Below, piece after piece: positions 19,323 through 28,681 of a DNA stretch of 55,758 nt. This stretch comes from a virus (Duplodnaviria; Caudoviricetes). The translations under genes and the position numbers were made by a program. Numbering within the stretch: the first letter of the stretch is position 1; every line of letters starts with the position of its first letter. The notes beneath the pieces are model-generated. The model did no database searches and had not been told where the DNA came from. It saw only the letters and a list, made by a program, of their open reading frames with translations. The stretch is taken from positions 1 to 55,758 of IMG/VR virus record IMGVR_UViG_3300046777_000527. One strand, given 5' to 3'.

Positions 19323-19771
19323 TTAATACCTATGGCTTTCCCGACACGGCTCATTAGCGTCGGGGTCTTTGGTTCTTCATAAGGCATCGGGACTATGGCA
19401 CCGGGTTGAAGTACGTTGTTTTGAAGCATGCTTGGGCGTATTCCCGCCCCCATCGCCATACCACCACCGGCGTAAATCTTTGTCTGCGCTAAGTTACGCT
19501 GCTCTTGTCTTTCTTCACGCTCTGGGTCTAGCACTCTCTGCATAACCATGTCGTTGAACTGCGGCACCCAGATATGTTCGCGGAACTTCTCATGTAGGGC
19601 TCTAATTTCCTCCTCTGTCATACCGTACGCATGGTTTTTATCCCCCGCCACGTAAGTCCTGACAGAGTTAATAACGTCTTCCCACTTGCCGAACTGCTCC
19701 TTAAACTCTTCAGGGTGCGACTCGATACGAGCTAAAATGATCTTTACTCCTGCGCTGAAATGTTCACTCAT
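19319..19771 (-). CDS. Hypothetical protein
   Basis: RBS AAGGAG; operon overlaps. Confidence 0.7.
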   Translation of the reverse strand: MSEHFSAGVKIILARIESHPEEFKEQFGKWEDVINSVRTYVAGDKNHAYGMTEEEIRALHEKFREHIWVPQFNDMVMQRVLDPEREERQEQRNLAQTKIYAGGGMAMGAGIRPSMLQNNVLQPGAIVPMPYEEPKTPTLMSRVGKAIGIK

Positions 19772-20060
19772 CTTTTAGCTCCTTTATGATTGTCTCCACA
19801 AGGTCTACGTTATCCTCCCGCACTACCACGGCTATACCACCAGCAGTCTGTATGCTTTTAATCTCGCGTTGCTGTAACGCGGTAGGTTCGTTCTTACCTG
19901 CCTTGCACTCGATGGCTATAAACCGACCGCGAACACAAGCAACAATATCAGGAACACCAGAACGACCATATCCATGGGTAGCCGGGAAGAAGTAGTAGAC
20001 GTTGTGGGCTTTGAGTATCTTGACTACAGCTGACTTTACTTTAGACTCCGGTGTTGACAT
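19764..20060 (-). CDS. VRR-NUC domain nuclease
   Basis: PESKVK...GVPDI...AIECKA...TALQ...GG.AVVV pattern. Confidence 0.85.
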   Translation of the reverse strand: MSTPESKVKSAVVKILKAHNVYYFFPATHGYGRSGVPDIVACVRGRFIAIECKAGKNEPTALQQREIKSIQTAGGIAVVVREDNVDLVETIIKELKDE

Positions 20061-20328
20061 GGAGATACTCCAGTGCTTTCTTTAAGTGTCGGATAGCCAT
20101 AGTGATGCGCAGGTTGCGCGTATCGGTATCAGTAATTTTTCTAGCAGCCGCTTTACTACCTGCCGGGCGTCCACGCTTCCTAGGTGGGGCGCCATTTTCC
20201 TTACGTACTTTACACAGCATGGCGCTGATAGACCTGATGTTACCGCCGCGTTTTAGGAAGATTTCTTGCGCGCTCATGTTCGGGTTCTTACGAATAAAGT
20301 CGGCCATACTCATTCTTTTGCGTCCCAT
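20041..20328 (-). CDS. Small basic putative DNA-binding protein (AT-hook-like RKRGRP)
   Basis: Start reassigned to ATG 20328 behind AAAGGAGCTAAC; MGRKRMSMADF...PRKRGRPAGS. Confidence 0.6.
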   Translation of the reverse strand: MGRKRMSMADFIRKNPNMSAQEIFLKRGGNIRSISAMLCKVRKENGAPPRKRGRPAGSKAAARKITDTDTRNLRITMAIRHLKKALEYLHVNTGV

Positions 20329-20357
20329 GTTAGCTCCTTTCGTGGTTGTGCATGTTT

Positions 20358-20936
20358 TTACGCATGCTTTTGTATAGCTAATTGATACCCCACCATACAT
20401 ACGGTGCACTGATTAGCAAAAGCTAAAGTGAAAAAATCAATTGCGGGTTTAGGGCGGTGTAGTAGGTCTGGCATTTCTCTCCACATGTAGTCATCAAACA
20501 ACATGATGCCGCCTTTGCGTAGTAGGCCGAACGCCATACACGCATCAGTTAAAACATCGGGGGTCGTGTGGCTTCCATCGACATAGATAAAGTCGTAGTA
20601 CTCATGCTCCCCCCGCGTTATTAAACGTCCAAGCCCGTCGTAAGATGTTGTAGCAAGCACATCGATCAGCTGTGTTTCTCTACGTGCTTCTTCTACATTT
20701 TCATCAAACGTCTGACGTAACGTAGACAAGTTCAAACCTTCATGCTCTTCTCCACCGCCGAACGTGTCAATAACTTGGATTACTCCATCATCACTTAACA
20801 TGTTCGATAGCATCCAGCAGGTAGCCCTCCCTTCAAAGCAGCCTATCTCTAAGATACGATCTACTTTACCGAGAGCGTTCTTCACTGCATGAAAGTTCTG
20901 TACGCTGTTACTGAACCAGTCTTGTGTAAACTTCAT
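20358..20936 (-). CDS. Class I SAM-dependent methyltransferase (Methyltransf_24-like)
   Basis: LEIGCFEG, YDFIYVDGSH, LRKGGIMLFDDY. Confidence 0.85.
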   Translation of the reverse strand: MKFTQDWFSNSVQNFHAVKNALGKVDRILEIGCFEGRATCWMLSNMLSDDGVIQVIDTFGGGEEHEGLNLSTLRQTFDENVEEARRETQLIDVLATTSYDGLGRLITRGEHEYYDFIYVDGSHTTPDVLTDACMAFGLLRKGGIMLFDDYMWREMPDLLHRPKPAIDFFTLAFANQCTVCMVGYQLAIQKHA

Positions 20937-20941
20937 GCGAC

Positions 20942-21703
20942 TTACTCCTTAGGCTGTATGGGGGTAGGCTTAGGCATCAGGCTACCGTCGAAGATGTGCG
21001 TACCTACGTGACCCAGCTGCGCCCACGGCGCTGCCCATACTTTGCCTTCGCACTTCTCGCGCCATATCTTGCAGAAGTGATAGTCCTCCGATAGCAGGCG
21101 CTCACCGATAGGCTCGATGCTGGTAGCAAAAAATTCGTGAATGCGCTCTTGTCCGATATTGCCGCCAAGATCGTTGGTGTCGTTGATATAGCTAGGCACA
21201 TGCTCTTTCAAAGACTCGAACACCTCACGCTTGATAAGCATGAACCCTGTGCCGCCATTCCATATTTCAACAGGGCTACCTATCTCTACACGCTGCTCTT
21301 CCGCATAGCCGACGAGGTTGACTACGAACGAACCTGAGTATTTGCGTAGCTCGTGCGCGGGTACGCCAGCTTGCGCCGCTGCATGTATCGCGCCCCAGTT
21401 AATTTCTTTCTTGGGGTATATGCCGCAGATAATCGGCTTATCCGCTAGTATCATAGGCAGAACATCTTTAGCATCAAAGCGTATATCAGCATCAATAAAC
21501 ATCAGGTGCGTGAAGTCCGTCTTTAAGAACCCATGCACCAGTGCGTTGCGGGCGCGCTGAATCAACGACTCGTTAAACAAGAAGCTAGCGGCTGTATCGA
21601 TGCGGTTATCTCGCAGTATGTTTTGCAACGTCATGATCGACTGCGTGTAGTATCCAGCGCACATGCCGCCGTACATAGGTGTGGCTATAAAAAGTTTTGT
21701 CAT
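20942..21703 (-). CDS. GT-A fold glycosyltransferase-like protein (paralog 1)
   Basis: IATPMYGG, ARN, FIDAD (DxD), GTGFMLI, SEDYHFC, HVG. Confidence 0.75.
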   Translation of the reverse strand: MTKLFIATPMYGGMCAGYYTQSIMTLQNILRDNRIDTAASFLFNESLIQRARNALVHGFLKTDFTHLMFIDADIRFDAKDVLPMILADKPIICGIYPKKEINWGAIHAAAQAGVPAHELRKYSGSFVVNLVGYAEEQRVEIGSPVEIWNGGTGFMLIKREVFESLKEHVPSYINDTNDLGGNIGQERIHEFFATSIEPIGERLLSEDYHFCKIWREKCEGKVWAAPWAQLGHVGTHIFDGSLMPKPTPIQPKE

Positions 21704-21724
21704 TATCAGCTCCAGTTAGTTATG

Positions 21725-22447
21725 TTACGTTTTTCGCCACGGAAAATCTCCGTCATATTTTTTCAGCATGTGCTCGTTGCCTCTTATAAAGAACTCCGCG
21801 CTTACTGAATCCGCTCTGCTTGCCACTCTATAGTTCACGCTGTACTGCCCACTTGTATCAAAAACTTTCTGGGTATGCATCATGAACATCGACAACAACC
21901 TATCTACCTCCGGTTGCTCGTCTGGATGCCTCGCCCTGCGATACCATGCAGGAGAAAACTGCAGTGCGGCTACCTTCGGTATTAAAAAACAATTCAAGTC
22001 CACGAACAGATCGTTGATGACTGAAACCCACTTACCTAATGACTCGCAGTCATCGTTGCATACGTACTCCCCCTCTTGATTAACTATCTTACGTAACGAA
22101 TACGCCCATGTATTTCCTTTTTCTATAACGTCAACAAGCGACTGAATATGGTTTTCTTCATACCAATTATCTTCGTCCAGAAAACATAGGAAGTCACCTT
22201 TAGCAACGTAGGTCATAGCCCCGTAGATTCTGTGCCCGTTGTACTGGTCTTTGCCTGTTGCATACGGCAAATTAATGACGTCTACATTCTGATAGTCCTG
22301 CAAGGCAATACGTGCTTTGGGGTAGTCGCCATCCACTACAACTAGATGCTGTATGTTTTTATAGGTCTGTGCCTTAACAGAATCCATAGCCTGTTTAAAG
22401 ACAGGTGCTCCCGTCGTAGGCGTTATCACAGTAACCAAAGGGTTCAT
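21725..22447 (-). CDS. Glycosyltransferase family 2
   Basis: VTVITPT, SVKAQTY, VVVDG, FLDED motifs. Confidence 0.85.
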   Translation of the reverse strand: MNPLVTVITPTTGAPVFKQAMDSVKAQTYKNIQHLVVVDGDYPKARIALQDYQNVDVINLPYATGKDQYNGHRIYGAMTYVAKGDFLCFLDEDNWYEENHIQSLVDVIEKGNTWAYSLRKIVNQEGEYVCNDDCESLGKWVSVINDLFVDLNCFLIPKVAALQFSPAWYRRARHPDEQPEVDRLLSMFMMHTQKVFDTSGQYSVNYRVASRADSVSAEFFIRGNEHMLKKYDGDFPWRKT

Positions 22448-23208
22448 GTATTGTTCCTTCCCGCCCTCATCAAGTCTCCTGCATATACATGCTGACCTAC
22501 GTGGCGCAACTCTATCGACGGGTCAGCGTATATTTGCCCGCCTTCTGTCTTCCACAGCTCACAGAAGTGATAGTCCTCAGAGAGCAACAGCCCTAGCTCA
22601 GTGATGCTGGTGCCAAAGAACTCGCGTGTTAAGGGGGCTAAGAACTGACCGTTTGCAGGGTTGGTAATCAAGCTAGTGCGGTACGTAGGAACCTTAAAGC
22701 GCAGCGCTTTAAACACATCACGGTGTATCAACATGAACCCTGTGCCGCCGTGCAGGACTTCTACCAAACCATTTTCGTCCAGCGGAACCTTGTCTCCATC
22801 ATCAGCCACAGCATTTAGCACGTAGCTACAACCAAACTTATCTATATCCTGCTCACCACGCAGCGCGGCCTCGCGTATCCTATCCCAGAACAAAAATTTC
22901 TTGGGGTAGATGCCACACACCATCTGTTTCTCGTGCTGCAGTAGCTTGTAGATACCATCGGTGGGGAACCAGATGTCGGCGTCGATGAACATCAGGTAAT
23001 CGTCCCGTGTCTCGTCGAGGAAGTACCGCACGATCTCGTTACGGGCGCGGGTAATCAGGGCTTCCTTGTTCATGAACTGCCAGCGGGTCTTGATGCCCTG
23101 ATTCTCAAGATAGCTGACGCTACGTAACATGCTGTCTACATACTCCATATACATCGCACCACCATACGCAGGTGTGCCGATCATGATGGTAGGTTTGCCG
23201 TCGATCAT
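22444..23208 (-). CDS. GT-A fold glycosyltransferase-like protein (paralog 2)
   Basis: IGTPAYGG, ARN, FIDAD, GTGFMLI, SEDYHFC; clearly paralogous to 20942-21703. Confidence 0.75.
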   Translation of the reverse strand: MIDGKPTIMIGTPAYGGAMYMEYVDSMLRSVSYLENQGIKTRWQFMNKEALITRARNEIVRYFLDETRDDYLMFIDADIWFPTDGIYKLLQHEKQMVCGIYPKKFLFWDRIREAALRGEQDIDKFGCSYVLNAVADDGDKVPLDENGLVEVLHGGTGFMLIHRDVFKALRFKVPTYRTSLITNPANGQFLAPLTREFFGTSITELGLLLSEDYHFCELWKTEGGQIYADPSIELRHVGQHVYAGDLMRAGRNNT

Positions 23209-24149
23209 ACATTCACCATGTGTTTAAGTATTGTGTCTACAAAATACTTGTTGTAAAACTGCTCGGATTGAGGAGAAGCAAGGAACTCCCGCGCTGCAGC
23301 GAGGTATGTCTCGTACTCACTGCTCGGCATCTCGTGGAGATACCTATGTAGTTCTTCGTATGACTGGAACTTCTTAAGGTCAACAAAGCACTCAGGCGGT
23401 ACGTGGTCGTACACATTAGGTGCGCCCCAGTAAATAGGCACAACACCGACCATAAAGCAGTCAGTCATCTTTTCACTGACGTAGCCATGCGCGTTGTTGC
23501 AGTTCTCATACGTGATGCAGAAGCGGTAGTTCGACAGCGTCTTTAGTTTGTCATCGGTAGAGCCTCTGTATGTGGGGAAGTTATACATACCCCAGAACCG
23601 CCCCCACAGATCAAAATCGTTCGGCGCGTACCGCGTGAAGAACTCTATAGCTTCTATGCGTCTTTCATACAAGCTGTTGGGGTGCGAGCTTCTCTTGTGC
23701 GTGTTCATCAGGCACAACAGTTTGCGGTTGTAGTACTCTGAAAGCGGTTTATCGAAGTTAAACAAAACAGAGTCTTGTAGGTTTGTCGTGAAGTTAGACT
23801 TAATAAACTTCTTGCCATCGACTAACCTATCATCCCACGTAAAAACCTTCTCGCACATACCTATGAAGTCATCATGGTAGTTGTTAGGGATTATTAAATC
23901 AGGTTCAAACATCACAGCGAATATGCGCGGCGCTTTGGCTTTAATGGCAGAGGGTCTGTCCATCAGAATAAGCAGGTCGCCTTCGTCGCACTGGTCAGGT
24001 GTGAACATATCGATGCCACGTTCTTTTGCTGCTGCATACAGCTCGTTCCATGGGCGCATTAGACCAGCGCCGATGTCACTTTCAAGGGTATGAAACAATG
24101 TCCCGTTGGTAGTAACAAAGTCATACGTACTTTGAACTATTACTTTCAT
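23205..24149 (-). CDS. Glycosyltransferase family 10 (alpha-1,3-fucosyltransferase-like)
   Basis: Alpha-1,3-FucT signature YRFCITYEN...GYVSEKMTDC...VPIYWG. Confidence 0.85.
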   Translation of the reverse strand: MKVIVQSTYDFVTTNGTLFHTLESDIGAGLMRPWNELYAAAKERGIDMFTPDQCDEGDLLILMDRPSAIKAKAPRIFAVMFEPDLIIPNNYHDDFIGMCEKVFTWDDRLVDGKKFIKSNFTTNLQDSVLFNFDKPLSEYYNRKLLCLMNTHKRSSHPNSLYERRIEAIEFFTRYAPNDFDLWGRFWGMYNFPTYRGSTDDKLKTLSNYRFCITYENCNNAHGYVSEKMTDCFMVGVVPIYWGAPNVYDHVPPECFVDLKKFQSYEELHRYLHEMPSSEYETYLAAAREFLASPQSEQFYNKYFVDTILKHMVNV

Positions 24150-24158
24150 ATAGCTCCT

Positions 24159-24368
24159 TCAGTCGGGACGTTTGCCTTTTATTAAATCTATCATCTCCGC
24201 GTAAGCTGATCTGCTGTGCTCATGCGTTCTTGCAAACACCATCTCCTTTGCAACCTCGTAAACTTCTGCCATCGTTTCTAACATTTTTGCTGCCTCAAGG
24301 TCACGCTCGTCTCGTGGCAGATGGCGCAGGTAGCTGGCTAGCTCGTGCGCTTTGTATTTTGTGCTCAT
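24159..24368 (-). CDS. Hypothetical protein
   Basis: ATGA overlap with upstream gene. Confidence 0.55.
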   Translation of the reverse strand: MSTKYKAHELASYLRHLPRDERDLEAAKMLETMAEVYEVAKEMVFARTHEHSRSAYAEMIDLIKGKRPD

Positions 24369-25378
24369 ATCAGGACATATCTAAAGACTGGGTTGAATAG
24401 ACTTTGTGGATGCCCACTGTACATAGAGCGACACCAGTGTGCTGCGTTCACCAAGTTAGCACTCGGACAAGCCATGCTTTCTTTAGCTTCTACCAGCGCA
24501 ATAAAGTTCTTCAGTATGGGCATGCACGACACCTTACCGCTGTAGTTATGGTGGTAGCCCTTAGCGGTAGCCGGTGTGATATTGCGGGTCAGCCCAGTGC
24601 CAAGGTTCTTTATCTTCTCTGCGTACTCGTGGTCATCCGATAATATAAAAGTTTTGCGAACCCGTCTACTTAAATTACGCAGGTCAGTTATAAATGTATG
24701 GGGTGGTGGCTCTACTGTCTCAGCCTGTAGCTTGTCTCCCCCTCTCACGAATACCAGCCCGCTATCTCGCACGTTGTACGTATCGCCATCATAGAAAGAC
24801 TGAATGTTACGCCGGACGTTAATATAGAAATTATCCTTAAACGCCATAAACATTTTTACGTAGTCATCATCGCCCTTGAATATGGAGTCACGCATAGACT
24901 CAAAGTGCACCGCCTGTGGCGCAGCGGGTAGCTTCTCCAGCACCTCTATGTCAGGGAATATTTTATTGAACGGTTCCTCGTACCCCCACCAGTTGTACGT
25001 ACCGTCAATCACCAGCTTCTTATCGTTCAGTTCAGCTACGAACGCAGCCACAATGATGTTCTCGATGACTGAGAAAAAGCCCGACTGCCTAGGCTGGTAC
25101 AGCATCTCACCTTTGTAGACAGCCTTCGGTGCCTCTGCGCCCAGCGGAAACATGCCACGGTACATCTCATACCGCTCTTCGCTTAAGTTATATTTATCGC
25201 AAGCCAGCTCCATGCCAAGGCAGCTGACGATCTCCTGCTTGTAAAAGATATTGTTGGGTAGCTTCGTAGGTATATCGTTTAACGCCGCCGCGTCCCCCCA
25301 CAGGTAGCGCCTTGCAGCTATGGCAGCTAGCCGGTCAGCGTCACCCTCTGGGCTGGAGTACTTATGGAATTGAATCAT
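24365..25378 (-). CDS. Putative GT-B fucosyltransferase-like protein (NodZ/GT23/GT11-type motifs)
   Basis: SGFFSV, VRGGDK (HxRxGDK-like), ILSDD and SANL motifs in the order typical of alpha-1,2/1,6/O-fucosyltransferases. Confidence 0.55.
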   Translation of the reverse strand: MIQFHKYSSPEGDADRLAAIAARRYLWGDAAALNDIPTKLPNNIFYKQEIVSCLGMELACDKYNLSEERYEMYRGMFPLGAEAPKAVYKGEMLYQPRQSGFFSVIENIIVAAFVAELNDKKLVIDGTYNWWGYEEPFNKIFPDIEVLEKLPAAPQAVHFESMRDSIFKGDDDYVKMFMAFKDNFYINVRRNIQSFYDGDTYNVRDSGLVFVRGGDKLQAETVEPPPHTFITDLRNLSRRVRKTFILSDDHEYAEKIKNLGTGLTRNITPATAKGYHHNYSGKVSCMPILKNFIALVEAKESMACPSANLVNAAHWCRSMYSGHPQSLFNPVFRYVLI

Positions 25379-25581
25379 TCAGCACCTTTATCTCTGGCTT
25401 TTAACATTGCATCTGCCATTGCATAACACTCAAGGGCTAGCCCCTCTGCGCTCACGCCGGGGTCGCCCGGTTCTCCTACGCTAAACTTCTCTCCGTCTTT
25501 TTCTAGGTCTTTTACATAATCTGGGTACAGCACTTGCATCGCCATCACAGCAAACAAGTCCCTCATCTCATCGTTCACCAT
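25375..25581 (-). CDS. Conserved small phage protein
   Basis: RDLFAVMAMQ...YAMADAMLKAR motif widespread in phages; RBS GGGAG. Confidence 0.7.
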   Translation of the reverse strand: MVNDEMRDLFAVMAMQVLYPDYVKDLEKDGEKFSVGEPGDPGVSAEGLALECYAMADAMLKARDKGAE

Positions 25582-25739
25582 AGTGCTCTCCCGTGTGTCG
25601 TAGGGTTAGGCGGGACAGGGCGGTGCTTTGCTTTCTCTACTATCTTCCACCCCGGCTGTATGAACTTCACAGCTTCCCATCGCTCCCAGAATTTTCTGAA
25701 TAGCTTTCCTTCTTCGTCGTAGACTTCGAATCTCATCAT
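25575..25739 (-). CDS. Hypothetical 54-aa protein (below ORF-track cutoff)
   Basis: MMRFEVYDEEGKLFRKF...RALW fills the gap exactly, with overlaps at both ends; RBS GAGG. Confidence 0.6.
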   Translation of the reverse strand: MMRFEVYDEEGKLFRKFWERWEAVKFIQPGWKIVEKAKHRPVPPNPTTHGRALW

Positions 25740-25954
25740 TTCCTCGCAAGCTCACGTATCTGCTCGATGGTCAGATTAGTATTGTCGTAAATAGCAAGGA
25801 TGATTTTAGCCGTGACGCCCTTCTTGTTGTTGCGTATACGGCTGATGACAGGCGCAGTCACGTTGATCTTCTTTGCTATGGCTAGGTCAGTGTCGCCTAT
25901 GCCTATCTCACGCAGGTAGTCCAGTAGTGCGTTAGGGACTTTAGGTTCACTCAT
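25736..25954 (-). CDS. Small XRE/Cro-like helix-turn-helix protein
   Basis: DTDLAIAKKINVTAPVISRIRNNK HTH pattern. Confidence 0.75.
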   Translation of the reverse strand: MSEPKVPNALLDYLREIGIGDTDLAIAKKINVTAPVISRIRNNKKGVTAKIILAIYDNTNLTIEQIRELARK

Positions 25955-25955
25955 C

Positions 25956-26138
25956 TTATATCCTCAGCATTAGTCCGAAAAACTTAGAAAGGAAAGACTG
26001 CTTCTTGTCCTGCCATCCTAGCAGCACACTCTGTGCGAATCTTTCCTCTGGGGTGTAGTCATCTTCTTTAATTCGGGGTGTATAAAACCGCCCGATCTTG
26101 GGCGGCTCTTCCCTGATAAACTTACCATCCTTTAGCAT
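25956..26138 (-). CDS. Hypothetical protein
   Basis: RBS AGGAG; tight packing. Confidence 0.65.
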   Translation of the reverse strand: MLKDGKFIREEPPKIGRFYTPRIKEDDYTPEERFAQSVLLGWQDKKQSFLSKFFGLMLRI

Positions 26139-26146
26139 AGTTTCTC

Positions 26147-26533
26147 CTATACAACGTGACGATAAATCTCGATTGTCTGGTTTGCCTTGTTGTAGGTAGA
26201 TGAGTATGTACCTTTACCCCAATGAGTCGTACACCATGAACACACGTTGCCGCGCACATTCTCAGGGTTGTACTTACCTACAGGAACACTGGCGATGTTA
26301 TCTGGTTGTAGGTTCTCAACGTACTGCAGGATATGGTTACGCACTTCGCCTATGGGGTACTGACTAGCTGCACGAGTGCGGGTCTTTTGCTTCTTGGGCG
26401 CGACAGCTTTTAAGTTGCCGTACTCTTCGTCGCCTTCTTTGGTGAACACCTTGAACTGAATGTAACCCTTGCGCTCTAATATCTCAAGGTCGTGTATGGC
26501 TTTAGCCATCATCTTACGGAATACTTGTTCCAT
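26147..26533 (-). CDS. Hypothetical protein
   Basis: RBS AGGAG; 128 aa. Confidence 0.7.
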   Translation of the reverse strand: MEQVFRKMMAKAIHDLEILERKGYIQFKVFTKEGDEEYGNLKAVAPKKQKTRTRAASQYPIGEVRNHILQYVENLQPDNIASVPVGKYNPENVRGNVCSWCTTHWGKGTYSSTYNKANQTIEIYRHVV

Positions 26534-26550
26534 AGCGGTTTAGCTCCTGA

Positions 26551-27390
26551 TTAATATGCTGCGTCTATGATGTACATCTCCCCGACTCGCAGCCCTACGC
26601 CGGGTACAACCTCATGCTCTGCTACCAGCTTCAACATACCTACCTGCCTGCGTACATCTTCCGGTACGTCATCAGCCAGATACTCCTTTATCTCAGTCGG
26701 AGATTTAGCAACAGTATATTTATCATCCTTAATTGTTACCGTCAACAATTTATGTTGTTGTAATTTTGTATGGATGTCCGATAAGTCATTAGCCCTATCT
26801 ATCAGCCCGGCAAGCTCTGTGTGCGCTTTGATAGCTCCTGTATCCTCTAGCGTTGATTTGAATTCCTCCCAGTATTTATCTTTAAGAAACCTAACCCCCG
26901 GCTCCATCAGTATCCTATGCGCGTAGTCCACATCCCGTTCAGCCTGACCCGCAGCCCTACCTGCTATATTTGATGCCATTCCCCACGCCTCGTCTATCTT
27001 ATCGACCAAGGTTTTAGGGTAGAAATTCTTGTGTATCTGCTTTAGCGCGTCCTTTAACTTGCCAGTTTTGAACGTCGTACCCCTATCCCTTTTCTCCGCA
27101 ATGCGTTTGTTATATACGGCAAAGACGTACTCCCTTGCATGCTCTCCGCGCTTGCGTCTAGTCTCAACTCCTATTTGCCCTAGTAGTTCTTCAGTAGCCG
27201 TAATGGAGACCTGCAACTCCATCACCCAAGCAACTTTGTTGTCGTACTGCCTACTTGCATAATTTACACTTAGCATCCAGTCCGGGTGCTTCTCTGCCAC
27301 GGCATACGCCAGTGGCTCTAACGTCGGGTGGAGTTTGAGTTCCCATCCATCCCCTACCGGCTCGTGCTCTAGTTTGATGTTGCTATACAT
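26551..27390 (-). CDS. Hypothetical protein
   Basis: Start reassigned to ATG 27390 (MYSNIKLEH) behind GGAGG. Confidence 0.7.
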   Translation of the reverse strand: MYSNIKLEHEPVGDGWELKLHPTLEPLAYAVAEKHPDWMLSVNYASRQYDNKVAWVMELQVSITATEELLGQIGVETRRKRGEHAREYVFAVYNKRIAEKRDRGTTFKTGKLKDALKQIHKNFYPKTLVDKIDEAWGMASNIAGRAAGQAERDVDYAHRILMEPGVRFLKDKYWEEFKSTLEDTGAIKAHTELAGLIDRANDLSDIHTKLQQHKLLTVTIKDDKYTVAKSPTEIKEYLADDVPEDVRRQVGMLKLVAEHEVVPGVGLRVGEMYIIDAAY

Positions 27391-28279
27391 CTTCTGCCTC
27401 CATGAAAGTCTTAAACTTTTTGTAACGATCAACCTTGACCTGACCGGCTGGCACTAGCTCACGCATGAGCACATGCGGGTTTAACGCAATCAAAATCTCA
27501 TCAAACCCACGCATAACTTTTGCGTCAGTGAAACTAAGCACGCCGTTCCAGTAATGGTCTGAGTGCGAATGCACAAGCCACAAAGAAGCTTGATGCCAGT
27601 TCTCCTGCCCCCCACGCACCATCCCCATAAATTTATTCAGCGTCTGCAGATGCCGCTCTCCATCCAGCCGCCACGTATCTAAAGCCAGCGTGGTTACTAC
27701 TATTGCATTAACAGGTGACGATTCTGCCAGCGGTACTAAAACTTCTTCCACGATCTTCTTCTCAACCTTCCCCTCCAGTATCTTCAGGTATCCAGACAGG
27801 AACTTCTTAAAGTCTTTAACATCCTTGCGTACCTCGCTCATAGCCTTGCGGTCAATGACATGCACCACATCCCCCACGCAGCGTGTCGGCACTAGGTAGC
27901 CGTTCTCGTTACGAAGTTCTAACCCCGCGACGTTGTACACGTTCTCGCCTAGCCACAGCACCAGCTTGTTGTCTCTCACGCTGCACATGACGTTCAGCAC
28001 ATCACCGATGAACTTAGCCGTGGTGTCAGACTTATAGCTAGCGTCGAATGTGATAGCGCCGTGGTCGTGGAATGTCACCACGTGATGACGGTACAACTTG
28101 CAGTGTATCCTCGCCTCCCCTGCAACTATCTGGAACTGTGGCTTCCTGCGATAACCCAGTGGGCGTACGCCTGCATTGCGTCCACTGCCACGGATAGGCT
28201 CGACGCTCTCGTAGTGCGCCTTTGCCTCGTCATAACTGCGTATGGGCATGATGCCCGATCTCCAGCTCACGATTGTCAT
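27383..28279 (-). CDS. Hypothetical protein
   Basis: TAATG overlap with upstream gene; 298 aa. Confidence 0.7.
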   Translation of the reverse strand: MTIVSWRSGIMPIRSYDEAKAHYESVEPIRGSGRNAGVRPLGYRRKPQFQIVAGEARIHCKLYRHHVVTFHDHGAITFDASYKSDTTAKFIGDVLNVMCSVRDNKLVLWLGENVYNVAGLELRNENGYLVPTRCVGDVVHVIDRKAMSEVRKDVKDFKKFLSGYLKILEGKVEKKIVEEVLVPLAESSPVNAIVVTTLALDTWRLDGERHLQTLNKFMGMVRGGQENWHQASLWLVHSHSDHYWNGVLSFTDAKVMRGFDEILIALNPHVLMRELVPAGQVKVDRYKKFKTFMEAEDV

Positions 28280-28674
28280 TAGAAGTCCTCCGTTATTGGT
28301 TCACCTTTGCACTTACTGTCTGCTTTGTAAAGTTCACCGCCGTAGTATCCGTTGCTTGAATTTCGAAACTCCAGCACACACGTACCTTTGTCTGTGTGGA
28401 TGCGATGAAACATTACTCGGTCATACTCCTGCTTCGTTGCTTCAGGCTCGACTTGCAGCAGCGAATACATGTCTACGTCATCTACACTATGTACTGTGCC
28501 GCCGATCAAAGCACTGACAAAGTTCACATGGTTTATCCACGACTCAGAGCAGCAGTCAGCAAAGCAATAGAAGTCATACCTACCCTGATCTGTAACGAAC
28601 GCAATGTGTTCTCTGCCCTCGTCCATCAACAGCTCCTGCACCTGCTTACCTACCAGCACATCTAGCACGCTCAT
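28279..28674 (-). CDS. Conserved phage hypothetical protein
   Basis: Start reassigned to ATG 28674 behind GAGG; DCCSESW and RNSSNGYYGG motifs. Confidence 0.7.
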   Translation of the reverse strand: MSVLDVLVGKQVQELLMDEGREHIAFVTDQGRYDFYCFADCCSESWINHVNFVSALIGGTVHSVDDVDMYSLLQVEPEATKQEYDRVMFHRIHTDKGTCVLEFRNSSNGYYGGELYKADSKCKGEPITEDF

Positions 28675-28681
28675 ACCCACC

